A DNA stretch of 64,000 nucleotides from Podarcis filfolensis (lineage: Eukaryota): assembly GCA_964270895.1 (NCBI GenBank), contig OZ185435.1. One strand, given 5' to 3'. Below the pieces are notes generated by a model. That model worked only from the letters and a program-made list of their open reading frames with translations. It had not been told where the DNA came from and searched no databases. The position numbers and the translations under genes were made by a program. This document shows positions 37,080 to 48,972 of the stretch, piece by piece; positions within the stretch are counted from its first letter, which is position 1; each line of letters begins with the position of its first letter.

Positions 37080-37584
37080 GTAAGTTATAAAATAAATTTG
37101 GCTTACTATTAGAAACAATGGGTTATTATTACTTTAAAAGACAATATGCAACATGCATGTAAACTTAAGTAATGTGTTACTGTTGCTTTAAAGAGAAGTT
37201 ACTATTGTTACCGTTGCTTTGAGATGACAGCAGCTATTTACTCTATCTCCTTTACCTTTATTGACCTTAGCCATTTACCCTTTCATATCCTTTTCCTTTT
37301 GGTGGAGGCAGGAGGAGGAGGAGCCACCAGCATTGCCAGTCATGAAAGCTGAGCTCCCACACAACGCCCAGATGTTGTGTGCAACAATGCTGTGTCCAGC
37401 GTCCGGGCATCATGATGTTGTATGCAACACTCAGATACAACGTCATGATATTGTGGCATCGTGGTGGACATCAGCCTTGTTATCTCCTACCCAAGTTGGT
37501 GTGCCTGGTAGAGGTGAACCTGGAGAACATTGTTCATCCCCCCCACCCCTTCACACCCCACTGCTATAGTTCCACCCCTTGGCC

Positions 37585-37725
37585 ATAAGAACATCAGATC
37601 ACTCCAAGTCATCTTTGGTCCAGCATTTTGTTCTCACAGTGGACAACCAGATGCCTATGGGAAGCCTGCAAGTATGACATGAGTCCGTAAGCAATCTCCC
37701 ACTTATGGCTGCCAGCAACTGGTCC
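37585..37725 (-). mobile_element. Old LINE/SINE 3' tail (reverse of 8050-8192 family)
   Basis: CATAAGAACATCAG..GTCCAGCATTTTGTTCTCACAGTGGACAACCAGATGCCTATGGGAAGCC. Confidence 0.5.
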
Positions 37726-40700
37726 TGAACAAGAAAGCACTTGAAATTGGAAATCTCATACATGGGGTTTGCAAAGATAAGGTGGATAAAAATGTAGCAA
37801 TTGCATGAATAGATCTTTCCCTTTCTGCCTATTTACATATTCCCATCCTTTTTCCTTGTCACACTGGAAGATTAGAGAAAAACTCCTTTGTAAAAGCATT
37901 ATAGATGGTAACAGCAACATGTTAGTGCTGTATTAAGAAAATAAGAGGAAATGTATAATAGCTTTGATTTGTTAAAGTGGAGCTATTGTTAGATGACTTG
38001 GGTTTGGTGTGGTGTGATTTGTGTGTGTGTGCAGATGTGTGCGTGCAAGATGTAATGCTTGGAATTATCCAAAGCATCCTTTCCTGCAGCAGAACCCCAA
38101 GGAGCTCCCCTCTCTGTACACACACACACACAACTAAGTCACTGGTAAACTAGCATTTCATGCTGTCTAGGAAAAATACAGCCACACCACCCATATCCAG
38201 ATGGAAAGCTTTGCATGCATGTATAGGCATCATGCTATGTATCATAGTGATTCAGAATTGTTATATGCACTAAGAAGGCACTGGATGATTATAGCATATA
38301 TCTATCTATATCTTTTTTCAAATCACTGCACAATGAATTTACAAACCTCTGTTCCTCAAACCGTGCCTATTTATATTTCTGTGATTGCTCCCCCCCCCCC
38401 CACTTCTGAGGGAATGTTTCATCAGCTGTCCAAGGTTTGCAATTTTAAACCCAATTAAGGAACCATTGTTTTATCATCTAATGAGTTAAGAAGTAACAAG
38501 TAGCCAAATCTGTGAAATTTCATATAAATCATTAATGGTGCTAAATAACATTGTAGCTTCACAGTTTGCAAATATCTCCCTGAATAGCCTACCAGCTGTC
38601 CAAATATTAGCAAATTAACGCTATGAATCCCCAAATACAAAGAAGCATATTTCTTAAATTCAGTCCTCCTATCATTTTGTGCATGCTGAAAACTAAATTG
38701 AAAAGTAAAATATTACTGCATATATCATGAAACTGACCCTGGGTCACTTTAGTCCTTGGTGCTTGGAGCAAGTTCATGAGCAGATATAATATAATATAAG
38801 CAGATAAATCTTCATCCAGGTGTTTATATTTAGTGTGTGGATAATTGGCAACAAACATTTAAATGACCATTCATTTATTCCATGTTAATGGCATGTGTGG
38901 GGTGGTTCAGTGTGGTTTCATTCATTAGGGCATATCAGTGGTTTAATATAAAACATTTTATTCCACTCCTTATCAAAAAGACAAAGTGGTCTACAAGATA
39001 ATCCCTTGCCCTCAGGTTTACAATCTAAAAGACAGCACAAAATCAATAAGGAACCGGGAGGGGAGAGAAGGGAGAAAGCAAGTCGGAGCGCCAATTGTTA
39101 AAGTGGCATGGTTTTCAAATTTCCTATTATCAAGAGCAGTGAATCTGACAAGGAGGAATGGATGGCACAGTGGGGTGAAGCCACTCATTTTGGCCGCTGG
39201 TGCATTTGCCCCACACCTCCCTCACCTGTTCCCCTCTGCCTCCCCATAAGCAGCAGTGATCCAAATGGCCAGAGGTCGGGTGAGCAGCCTCACTCCACCC
39301 CTCTGCCTGCTACTGCTGACAAGGAATCCTTGCATGTCTGGCACATTAGCAAAGGACTCTGAGGGATGCTCCAAAAGGGTTACACAACTCGTTCCATGTA
39401 AAGTGTGTCGAGTTTCACCGCTGAGCTGCTTGAGTTGGAAGTCTTTCCAAGAATTCTTCCCACACTCCATGCATGCCTGGCTGGATGCAGACAGCAAGAG
39501 AAGAAGAGGTGGTGACCTCAGTTGCAGGGAAGCTTGTTTGCCACTGCTACTATTCTCTATGAAGGACTCCAGTAACATTCAAAGGGACCGCGGGGTATCC
39601 TGGAACACTGTTTGTACTTCCTGCTTCTCTGCAGGAAGGAAGATGTTCAGGTTTAACTCCAAATGCATCCAGTTTGTTCCAGGAGCTATTCACGTGCTAC
39701 ATTATTGTTGTTATTAGTTACTTGATTTGAATCTTTCATTCAGCCATAAATGAAGCATTTGTACATTTGAATGCTTCCATGCATCCTTGTTTGGGATGGA
39801 ACATATGCTTGTTTATTTTCAAAGTTGGCACAGATGTCTTTTCATATTATCCTGGTGGCAGGGAAAGGAGGAGGGGGAAATCACTTGACTGGAAGCATGA
39901 AAGCAGTAGGTCCAGATGGGCTAAGTTCTGCGAAGAAAGGACGACACAGTGATGCTTTGCACAAACAAAGCCTTGAAGATGTCTCATGGAGCTCATCTCC
40001 ACTACAAATATTGCACCGTCTGGAAGGTGGGCCAGAAATGAAAGTTGTTGTATGTTTCTGAAGGGCTCCACTTCTATTTTAATTTTTCATGGATGCGTAG
40101 ATACAAAGATATGAAGGTTATGTGTAGGAAGGAATGTGGGACTTAGACTGCATCGAGCCACTGAGTCCTGTTTACAACTAGGAATGGGGGAGAAATTTGA
40201 TGGTTTGCACTTAAAGAGAAACCCGCCGAATTTGCACCTTCCAAAACAACGCATTTCTCTGAATTTTATGGTGCAGTTCTCGTTTGTAAATATTTTTATT
40301 GAAAGTTTTCGACACAGCATACAATAAAAGCCAAAGTCATCTAAAGAAAAAGAAAAAAAGAAAAACCTAAATAATAATAAAAAAGGAAAGTAGAGAGGCA
40401 GAAGAACAAACACAAAGAAAAAATGAATACAAAAGACCTCTTCCCTCCCCTCCCCATACAATCCATTTTTTCCATACATGAAAAAGTAGACCCTCTCACC
40501 AGGGAGCTTATCTTTCTTCCCCTAGTTCATCTTCTCCCCCAAACCTATGTTATTTGTCTCCCTGCCCACTATGGCGAAATTATGTAACTTATGTAATTAT
40601 GGAAAGTACATTGCAATTGCTTTATTCCACCCCATTCATTTCATTGCAAAGGAAACTCAGTGCAATGGGGAAGCATAATAAATTGTGCCACCCCAGTCTC

Positions 40701-41784
40701 CCAGGGTTCATGCTTCCTTTTGGAATGAGGCGCAGTAGAGGCTGGTTGGATCTGAGAGGAGGTCAGAAATTTGAGCAATATGCTAAGAGGCAAATAAATA
40801 AACATTAGTTTAAGAGAAAGAAAACTACTGATACTGGGGGGTTTGGGGGGGGAATGCAGAAATTGTTCAGTTTGGATTTATGAAAGAACACATGTGAAAT
40901 AAACACAGTCTGGAAATAGACCGATCTGTTCATCACTTGGGTATTATCTATATTTTGTAATATCACTTTGTACACTGCAGGAAAACTGCAGTGGAGCTCA
41001 ATACTTTGAAAAGTGGAGCTCAATACGTTGATGCAGCTGTCTTCATGATCAAGGAGTCACACACCCCCAACTTCATATTCCTTGCAAGCAACGCTTTAAG
41101 CATTCTGTTTGCCTGAAACCTAATGTTTTTCTCATGTCTTTTTATACCCAGTAATTTTATTACAGGAGTTTTTTTTTCTAAGGGGAAACTGAACAAAACC
41201 ATTCAAAAGCACTCAAAGGAGTCATGAGCTACAGTGAATTTGGGTAGATGGATGAGTGCTTTATCCTCGTTCCACTATTTATTTAGTTAGTGGAAATCAG
41301 AATGATGTCTTTTCACAGAAATATATGGTATTCGAGTTTCCTGCATTTTCTGCTGTAAAGCAGCAATTACGGCTGCCCTGATTAAGTGCACACTCAGAAG
41401 GGAATTTATCCATGCCTACCACTTATTAGGAAGACAAGGAGAAATAATTATGTCCTTAAGTTTCAGAGTTTGCATGATGACAAATTCATTGCATTGCTGC
41501 TTATTATGTTATAGTAGAAAGCTTGCTTATTTTTAACTCCTCTGCCCACTTATCATTTGTTAAAGTTCCCTAAATACACTATGTTAGCATATTTTTTCAT
41601 AACTTTAGGGGGAGGGAAACAAATACCTGTCCTGCATGGTAGATTTGAGGCAGTGGTTTTCAAACTTCCTACCTTCAGGAACACTTTCTCAACCCATCTG
41701 TTGGGAAACACGTATGTCTACTATGGATCCTTCCAGAGGATTCTGGGATATGCTCTGAAGCATACAGAGAGAGTTCATAGTTTG

Positions 41785-41938
41785 GGAAGGGTTGTAGCTC
41801 GATGGGGGAGCACCTACTTTACACATAGAAGGTTCAAACCATCACATCTCCAGGTAGAGTGGAAAATTATTGTCTGAAGCTTCCAGTCACTATGGAATGC
41901 TTTTCTAGATGGTCTGACTTGGTTGGAAGCAGCTGTCC
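41785..41938 (+). mobile_element. Degenerate tRNA-head SINE (TATGTTCC-tail family)
   Basis: GTAGCTCGATGG..GAGCACCTACTTTACACATAGAAGGTTC..CATCTCCAGGTAG..GATGGTCTGACTTGG..GGAAGCAGCT. Confidence 0.55.
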
Positions 41939-42149
41939 CATACATGACACAGGCTTGGCCTGTTGTATCAGACCATCAACCCACATGGACTGCAAGCCCA
42001 CACTGGAACTTGCCAAACCCTCCTTTCTCGCTCTGGATTACAGAGGAAAAGATGTAGTGGCAGGCAAACTGTCTTCCAGAAAAGTTTGTCCATTATGATT
42101 GATTCTCCCGTTGAGTATCCTTGATGACCTTCTGAGGAAATCCTGTACT

Positions 42150-42300
42150 GTCAGGACTACCTGACAGTACAAACTGCACAAGACGGTGGAACAGACTGCC
42201 TAGTTAGGTGGCAAGATCTCCTTCATTAGAGGTTCTTGAGCAGAGGCAGGATGTTCACCCACCAGGGATGCTGTAAGCAGTGAATTTGCTACATTGTGAA
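42150..42300 (+). mobile_element. Degenerate CR1-like 3' fragment
   Basis: GACGGTGGAACAGACTGCCT..CTCCTTCATTAGAGGTTCTTGAGCAGAGG..CAGGGATGCTGTA. Confidence 0.45.
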
Positions 42301-42344
42301 ATGGTGCGTGGAAATGGAGCACAACCACCTAGCACTCTAGTGCA

Positions 42345-42485
42345 GGAATGGCTCCCGTGGAAGCCTCCAGATGTTGTTGGATTACAACTCCCATCAACCT
42401 TGATGATTGGCCATGCTGCTTGAGGCTGATGGGAGCTGTAGTCCATATCATCATCTTCAGGGTCACAGGATCCCTTTCCATGCTC
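42345..42485. mobile_element. Palindromic MITE (GGACTACAACTCCCATCA family), degenerate
   Basis: CCTCCAGATGTTGTTGGATTACAACTCCCATCA...TGATGGGAGCTGTAGTCCA. Confidence 0.65.
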
Positions 42486-42500
42486 TACTACTGTATAGGT

Positions 42501-42635
42501 CAGGGTTTCCCAAACCTGGGTCTCTTGCTGCTTTTGGACTACAATTCCCATCATCCCTGACCAGTGCCCAGGCAGATCAAGATGATGGGAGTTGTAGTCC
42601 AACAACAGCTGGAGCCTGCAATTTTGGAAACCCTG
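42501..42635. mobile_element. Palindromic hAT-type MITE
   Basis: CAGGGTTTCCCAAA...TTTGGAAACCCTG; TSD GTATAGGT/GTACAGGT (7/8). Confidence 0.85.
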
Positions 42636-43227
42636 GTACAGGTACTTATTACACTATTCAAACACGTATACTGACTTTTACTTAACAACATATCTATATT
42701 TACTTCTAAAAACAAGCAGCAGGCATCTGGTTCTGACAAATAAATAAATCTGGCAACAGAATTCTGGCAAAACAAACTCAGCTAGATCCATTACTGTTTT
42801 GGTCAATCAGCAGTCCTAGTAGAATATCTGACATACTTGTCTTCAGAATCTTACCATTCTAAGGCAAAGGTTCTTACCAGGAAGGAGAGTGAGAGGGGAA
42901 AGGAAATGGGGAGCTCAGTGCCAATTTACTGGAGTTATGCTCTTTGAGTGAGGGATGGGGTGAGACAATGAAACCAGGAGAGCTTGTGCGACCTTTCTGC
43001 TGCCTCACCCTGTCCCATCCCCATGAATTCAGTGGCTCCACCAGGAAGACACAGCTGTCTCTGCCCTGCTCTCAACAAGCCGATGCTGTACATAGGAGTT
43101 AAAGTGCCTTGCCCCCTAATATGTGAACATGTTCTTAATAAAGATGAGGGGAGAAATAGCCTAGGATGAAAGGGACCTGTAAAAGGTTCAGTCAGTAAAA
43201 TTAGTGTCTTGGTACATAATCAAAGTA

Positions 43228-43481
43228 CAGTCATACCTCAGTATAAATACGCTTCAGGATAAGTATTTTTGGGTTGCGCTCTGCAGTGACCTGGAGGTAA
43301 AGGAGAGTGTTACTTCTGGGTTTTGCCACTCGCGCAGACGGTCAAATTGACGTCATGCGCAGGCGCGGAAGCGGCAAAACACGACCCGCACACGCGCAGA
43401 CGTGCTGTCGCATCTAACGTTCTGTTCAAGATGCGAACGGGGCTCCGGAACAGATCCCGTTCGCATCCCAAGGTACCACTG
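43228..43481. mobile_element. Tc1/mariner-type MITE (subfamily B), CpG-rich
   Basis: TA|CAGTCATACCTC...AAGGTACCACTG|TA; internal CpG-dense inverted segment. Confidence 0.85.
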
Positions 43482-43704
43482 TAGTAGGTTTGACTATTAA
43501 AAGAGTTTAAAATCAGGCAAAAACCAAGATGACAAAGTCATTAAAGGTTAACATTTTATTGAAAATTATTTTTGCAGAAATTATACCAACTACACACATG
43601 ATTCTTTGCTGCTCTATTCAAATTGTTGCCACTACTGTTTGGACAGATTCATCAAAGGAAAATCTCCACTTTATTTAAGCCATCTCCACACCATCAAAAC
43701 GAAG

Positions 43705-43850
43705 ATTCTGCTATGGGAGCTTCTAGATGTTGGATGGATAACCTATGGGCTTCTAGATGTTATTGGACCTCAACTCCCAACAGCCCCAGACAGGATGGTC
43801 AGTGGTCAGAATTGGGAGGGTCTGTGGTCCAGCAACACCTGAGGGGTCTG
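43705..43850. mobile_element. Palindromic MITE, degenerate, with a duplicated left end
   Basis: CTATGGG(A)GCTTCTAGATGTT occurs twice, followed by GGACCTCAACTCCCA..GTCCAGCAACACCTGAGGG. Confidence 0.5.
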
Positions 43851-44446
43851 TTTTGATCCTTTCAAAACAATGTTGTTGGCCACATTTGAAATGAGGGGGG
43901 AATAAGAATTTAATAGGTGTGGGTTATGCTAGATGCACACAGAGATGAAAGTTGTCTCACACAATAGTAAGCCCAGAATAGAGAGCTGGGCCATCAGTTT
44001 GTTTCATGACTAATATCCTTTAAGTTGCAAGGGGAATTTAAGTGTTACAATAATTGGAGTGCAAAAGAAGGGAGCACACTTGATCAAATAATAATATGAC
44101 AACTTAATAAAGCAGAGACAATGAGAATGAAAAGCGAATGATGGAAATAATGGGAAACAGCAAATGCGAATATTAGAAAAGCAGGGTAGGAGGAATGCAT
44201 TTCTAGGAAAGACAAGGTACAAAATCCAGATAATGGCATTTCAACAAGGGGCTGTAGATATCCAAGGAATCTTTGAGATATTGCTACTATAGCGTCTGAG
44301 GGAAAATAGTCCTATCGAATCAAGCATGTGACCAAAGATTAAATAAGCAGCAGAAAAAGAGACTTGAGAAACAATCTTACCGCAAGTCCCTTATGTCTGT
44401 CCCCTTTTTACTCTCAATACTTTTCACCCCCTTTCCGCCCTGGCAG

Positions 44447-44480
44447 GACCCCTGTGCCCCAAAAGGCTTAAATTCAACAG
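44447..44480 (+). other. Candidate 34-nt exon
   Basis: About 45-nt pyrimidine tract CCCCTTTTTACTCTCAATACTTTTCACCCCCTTTCCGCCCTGGCAG, donor CAG|GTGAGT at 44481, TGCATG at 44517. Confidence 0.45.
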
Positions 44481-45694
44481 GTGAGTCTCTCTAACATCAC
44501 TACATCTCTGTAGCTTTGCATGTTCGGATGCAGCTATTGAGAGAATGGAAGAAGTCACTAGAAGTCCATTTGCTGGAGGTCCATGAGCTCATTCTGACCT
44601 TTGGCCCACCTGACCTTTTCCCAGTGACTGCTGATTACTTGTGTATATACCTCCTCCAGAACATGAAACCGAACCTTTATTGTCATTGGCCCAATCCTGT
44701 GAAATGCTCTTTCAACAGATATTCAGCATTGGACTGAAAATCAAATATATGCTACCAGACGTATGCAGACAATTACGAAAATGTATTTCTGTAAGAGGTA
44801 GTTGATGATCTCAGATTTTATTTTTTGCATGCAGTTTTTATAATATGGTTTGTTCTGTGATTCTTGTAAACTGCTTTGGTTTTGTGTGTGGTTGGTTTTT
44901 TTTTAGGAGACAGCAGGATGCAGGTTTTTTAATAAATAAAAAAGAGCCATAGCTGCCAAAGTGCTCAACCACCCTCATGACATGGGAGGAAAATGGTAGC
45001 CTCTTTCATAGCGAGAGAAAGCTGTTGAGGACAAGTTTTGGCACAGCACTGGATAGCACACAGAGAAGCATATCTTAGGGAGGAGGCTGCTGCTTATATG
45101 CTCCCTCTCCCATCAGTGGCCTGAGCACAATATTGAACACCAACCAAAGGTTCCATATATTTTTTCAAAGATGTAGTTTACATTACAGGAGCTTTGCCTT
45201 AGGGTTACAAAAACTTGGACAATAGTGTGATAGGTACAAACAAACAAAAAGCCATTGCCATTTTATGAGGCAGTGAAACACTTCTGGCTATGAAGGAACA
45301 GTGATGGATTTAAGAGAACCAGAAGACTGATCGGGAGAATTGGGCAATGCATTTCAATAGATGTCTCGGACAGAGTCTTAACTTCATTAAAGCCAGTGAC
45401 AAAATACCCATCAAAATCGATAGACTCCAAAACACAAGCAATGTCTTGAAAGACTCTCAGGTAGATTCCTTCCCACCTCTTCATCTCATTTTTTCAACAA
45501 ATGCCAGTACTGCCACATAGGGAGGTTAAAGTGCCACACCGCAAGTGATAAAGATGATGGATTTTCAGTGTTCCATCACCTTAGTCCTCCACCTCTGAAA
45601 ACTGTTTGCCTCTTCTGCTTTGCAGACTCACCTGCAAATCTCGCTCGTGCTTGCATGCACATAAGAATGATCTAATTGCAATATGAACACATAT

Positions 45695-45848
45695 TGCATA
45701 CTGAGTCATACTGAGTCAGCCTCATACTAGTTCAATATTGTCTACACTGACTGGCAGAAGCTCTCCAAGGTTTCAGACAGGGGGCATTCCTAGCCCTACC
45801 TAGGGATGCCAGGGATTGAAACTGGAACCATCTGCATACAAAGCACTT
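45695..45848 (-). mobile_element. tRNA-head SINE (TATGTTCC-tail family)
   Basis: ATACTGAGTCAG..AATATTGTCTACACTGACTGGCAGAAGCTCTCCAAGGTTTCAGACAGG..GATGCCAGGGATTGAAACTGG. Confidence 0.75.
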
Positions 45849-46175
45849 CAGGTACAGTTTGCATAAAATTGAATATGTTACTGAAAATAATGTACCCCCA
45901 AAAAATGCAACATAGTAAGAGAAATTGCAAGGGAAAATACATATAATGGAGGAGATGTGCCTAAAATGTAAATGAATGTTTGTGAGGAATTCTTTTTTAA
46001 AAAAAAGTGATCGAGAAATGTGGAAAAGACTGGAAAATTGAGAAACTAGAGAAACTGAAATGATCCCTATCCTGAGTACAGATTAGCTCTAGCCAGTGCA
46101 TGAGTGAAACACCCTCCAATGCCTGCACGTTTCCGGAAATACTAAAAACAATTTCAAATGGCCACAAAAGGGTTA

Positions 46176-46300
46176 ATGATGGAGGCGAGTAAAAGCAAGT
46201 TACCAGACATGAATCCTTCTGGAAACATGGAAGAAAACTGGAAAAGATTCAAGCAACGCTTCACCCTGTATGTTCTTGCAATATGTGCCAGTGGAAAAGA
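46176..46300 (+). pseudogene. Ty3/Gypsy gag N-terminal relic (Mag-like)
   Basis: MEASKSKLPDMNPSGNMEENWKRFKQRFTLYVLAICASGKD resembles the GNxxENWxxFKQxFxxY motif opening Mag-clade Gypsy Gag proteins (recall); similarity stops after about 40 aa. Confidence 0.65.
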
Positions 46301-47719
46301 CAGCTGCTCTCGCAGCATCTACAAGAGACAGCTTGCGAGGGAGATTAGGGGGGTGGAGAGTGCTAGGTTTCGACTCCAGACCCACTGCTAAGTATGGGAA
46401 GGGATCCTTTTGCAATATGCTGTAGAATTACAGATGAACTTAACAAACAAACCATGATCCTTCATACTTTAGACTCCAAGGATTTGCCAATTCAGAAGGG
46501 GGAGGGATGACCTTTTGAAATTGTGTCAACTGCATCAGGGCCCCTGCAGTCCTAGCAACTTAATGACTCCTGGGTATTTGGTTGTGTGTGTGTGTTTCTT
46601 CTGCAGTGTAGAACACGCAGACCCACTCCCCTTCTCTCTCTTAATCATTATATCCTCATCAATCACCTTCATTTTCTGACTGTAACCTTTTTAAAAATTG
46701 AAAGCCTGTTGAACAGATGAGTGCAGAGTGCCTTAATAACTGCATAATTGTTCAGATAATTATTAAAATAATAAATCCTTCAGATCCGATTTAAATAATT
46801 CATACAAGCCTTTTAATGCACTGAGCTTATTGCTCTGCTGTAAGCATTGTTCTGCTCCTGAGCTTGGGATTGCATTTTTTTTGTGCACGCGAAATAAACT
46901 TCACATTGTCGTTCTCAAACAAAGAGCATCTGTGTCAGTCGACTGATTTCTCTATCAATAAAAATAGCACAATCCAAATGGGGAATATGGGGCATCTGTG
47001 GACATATCAGCACCACAGGCTTGAAGAAGTTTACTAGGGAACCCAAGAAACTCTAGTTCAGAAAGTAAAACTAGGTATCTCTAAAAGAATTATTGGCACT
47101 TTCACTCAAACTAAAATTCCCAGGACTCTTGGGGTGAGGGGGACAGCCATGGCAGTCAATATATGTTTAGCTATGCTCCATGGATTCTCCCTATTCAATT
47201 GCCACCTTTTTTGTGTAGGGGGCAAACTTTTTTATCCAGTTTGATGGCTTTTGTCCAAGGTTAGATGCCAAATTGGAAACAGTGTTTTAGGAGATTAGTT
47301 ATTGAAGAGCAGAACGAAGGGCCGAGCTATAAACAGGCATTTGTATCCAGGTCAGGCCAGGCTGATCTTCCTTCCCTTGCTAGCGTTTTTGCTTTTAAAT
47401 TGGTTAGTGGCTCTCTTCCTTTTGACAAATGGACAAATGGGTCTGGGGGCCCTTTTCCCCCTTGCTTCTGCAGGCTCAGTACAACTGGCTTATGGAGCAG
47501 ATTGCAGAAGTGGGGTGGAGTCACTGCACTAGCATCCTGAAAGGTGGATCACTGTTGCTTGCTGGGACTGAGAAGGGGGTCGGGTGGTGAGGAGGCTGGC
47601 ATAGTGCAAAAGCAACAGCAGGGGTGCCATATTGATTACGCATGTGGGTTTGCACAGCAATGACCTCCTCATCCGGGGGCATAGCGTGGATTGCTGGCAC
47701 CCAGGGAGGGGCAGGTTTT

Positions 47720-47720
<1 letters not shown>

Positions 47721-47750
<30 letters not shown>
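47721..47750. repeat. (CA)15 microsatellite
   Basis: Directly visible. Confidence 0.95.
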
Positions 47751-47753
<3 letters not shown>

Positions 47754-48789
47754 CAGATGGACTGGGCAGCAGACAGTCCCTTCATTGGCCAGCATAAAAG
47801 GATTCTCTCCTTGCAAGCTAGCCCCAACCTGGGAGCAGATATAAGGCAGACAAACGCGAAACCAGGAGTGCCGCTGTGTCTCCTCACCCGCCTGTCCTGA
47901 CAGCAAGGCACTCTGGGCAACACACATGACTCTAGCAATGCTTTCTTGCTTTCCTCTTTTTCCCTCAGTGGGCGGCGGCAGTGCCTCTCACCCTCCTTCC
48001 CTCTCAACTGCCCCAGGCATGAGGGTGTCCCGTCATCAACCACCAGGAGAAGTGGGTGCTGCCAATGCTCCAGCCCCGAAGGCCCAGCCCAGGCGGGACT
48101 TGCCTTCCCACAGCTCCAGCTTTGATGAGGGAACTTGTTGTGGGGAGGTGTGTTGGGCCCCTCAGAAATTTGTGCTTGGGGCCACAGCCCCCCTGGCCCC
48201 TGTATGCTACATCACTGTCCCCACCACTTCATCCTTCCCAGAACTGAACAGCGACCCACCTACTTGGAAGCTGGATTAGCAGCTCTGCCCCATTTAATGA
48301 GCCAATTCTGGCAGTGTGTTCTTTCTGGAAGCAAAGTCACTTCATCTGCTCCTCTTTGGCCAATGGATGGGATCAGATTGATCTGCCTTTTGCCATGATG
48401 CTCTTCCAGGGAGACAGGAAAAACCATTCTTCCAGTGGCCCCTGGCCCCTGGCTGATGGTAGAGTCCAGAGTGTGGAATATGTACCACGGTGAAGTTTTT
48501 TTAAACCTCTTAATGCAACTCAGTTTCTACACAGACAGATAGACAAATTTTCTGGTTTGCAAAATTTCCCTAAGTTGTCTCTGCAGCTGAATGAGCAATT
48601 TCTACCAACTCATTATATTTAATCTGTTTTTTCTGCTTGGGGAATATTATCTATGCACTAATTACAATTTCCTACAATGCAATCATTATTTGGATTGAAG
48701 CCCTTCAAAATAACAACAAGCAGGAAACAGAACTTTTCTAAAGATGTCAATCCTTCATCGGACTGAATTCCAGGAAAGTCACAAAAAGG

Positions 48790-48972
48790 CCTCCAAGGCA
48801 GTGCTATGTATGCATTCAGTAATAAATCCCATTGATTTCAATGCTGCTCCCTAAGAAGCATGCATAGGATTGCAACCTTACAGTGCAAATGTAGTGATGT
48901 CTACTCAGATGTAAATCCCACTGATTGCAATGGGGCTTGCTCCCAGATAAGTGTGCCTAGAGATTGCAGTTT
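48790..48972. mobile_element. Two adjacent short (~85 bp) palindromic Harbinger-like MITEs
   Basis: Repeated unit TAAATCCCA(T/C)TGATT(T/G)CAATG..CTCCC(T/A)..AAG..TG(C)ATAGGATTGCA / CTAGAGATTGCAG. Confidence 0.5.
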
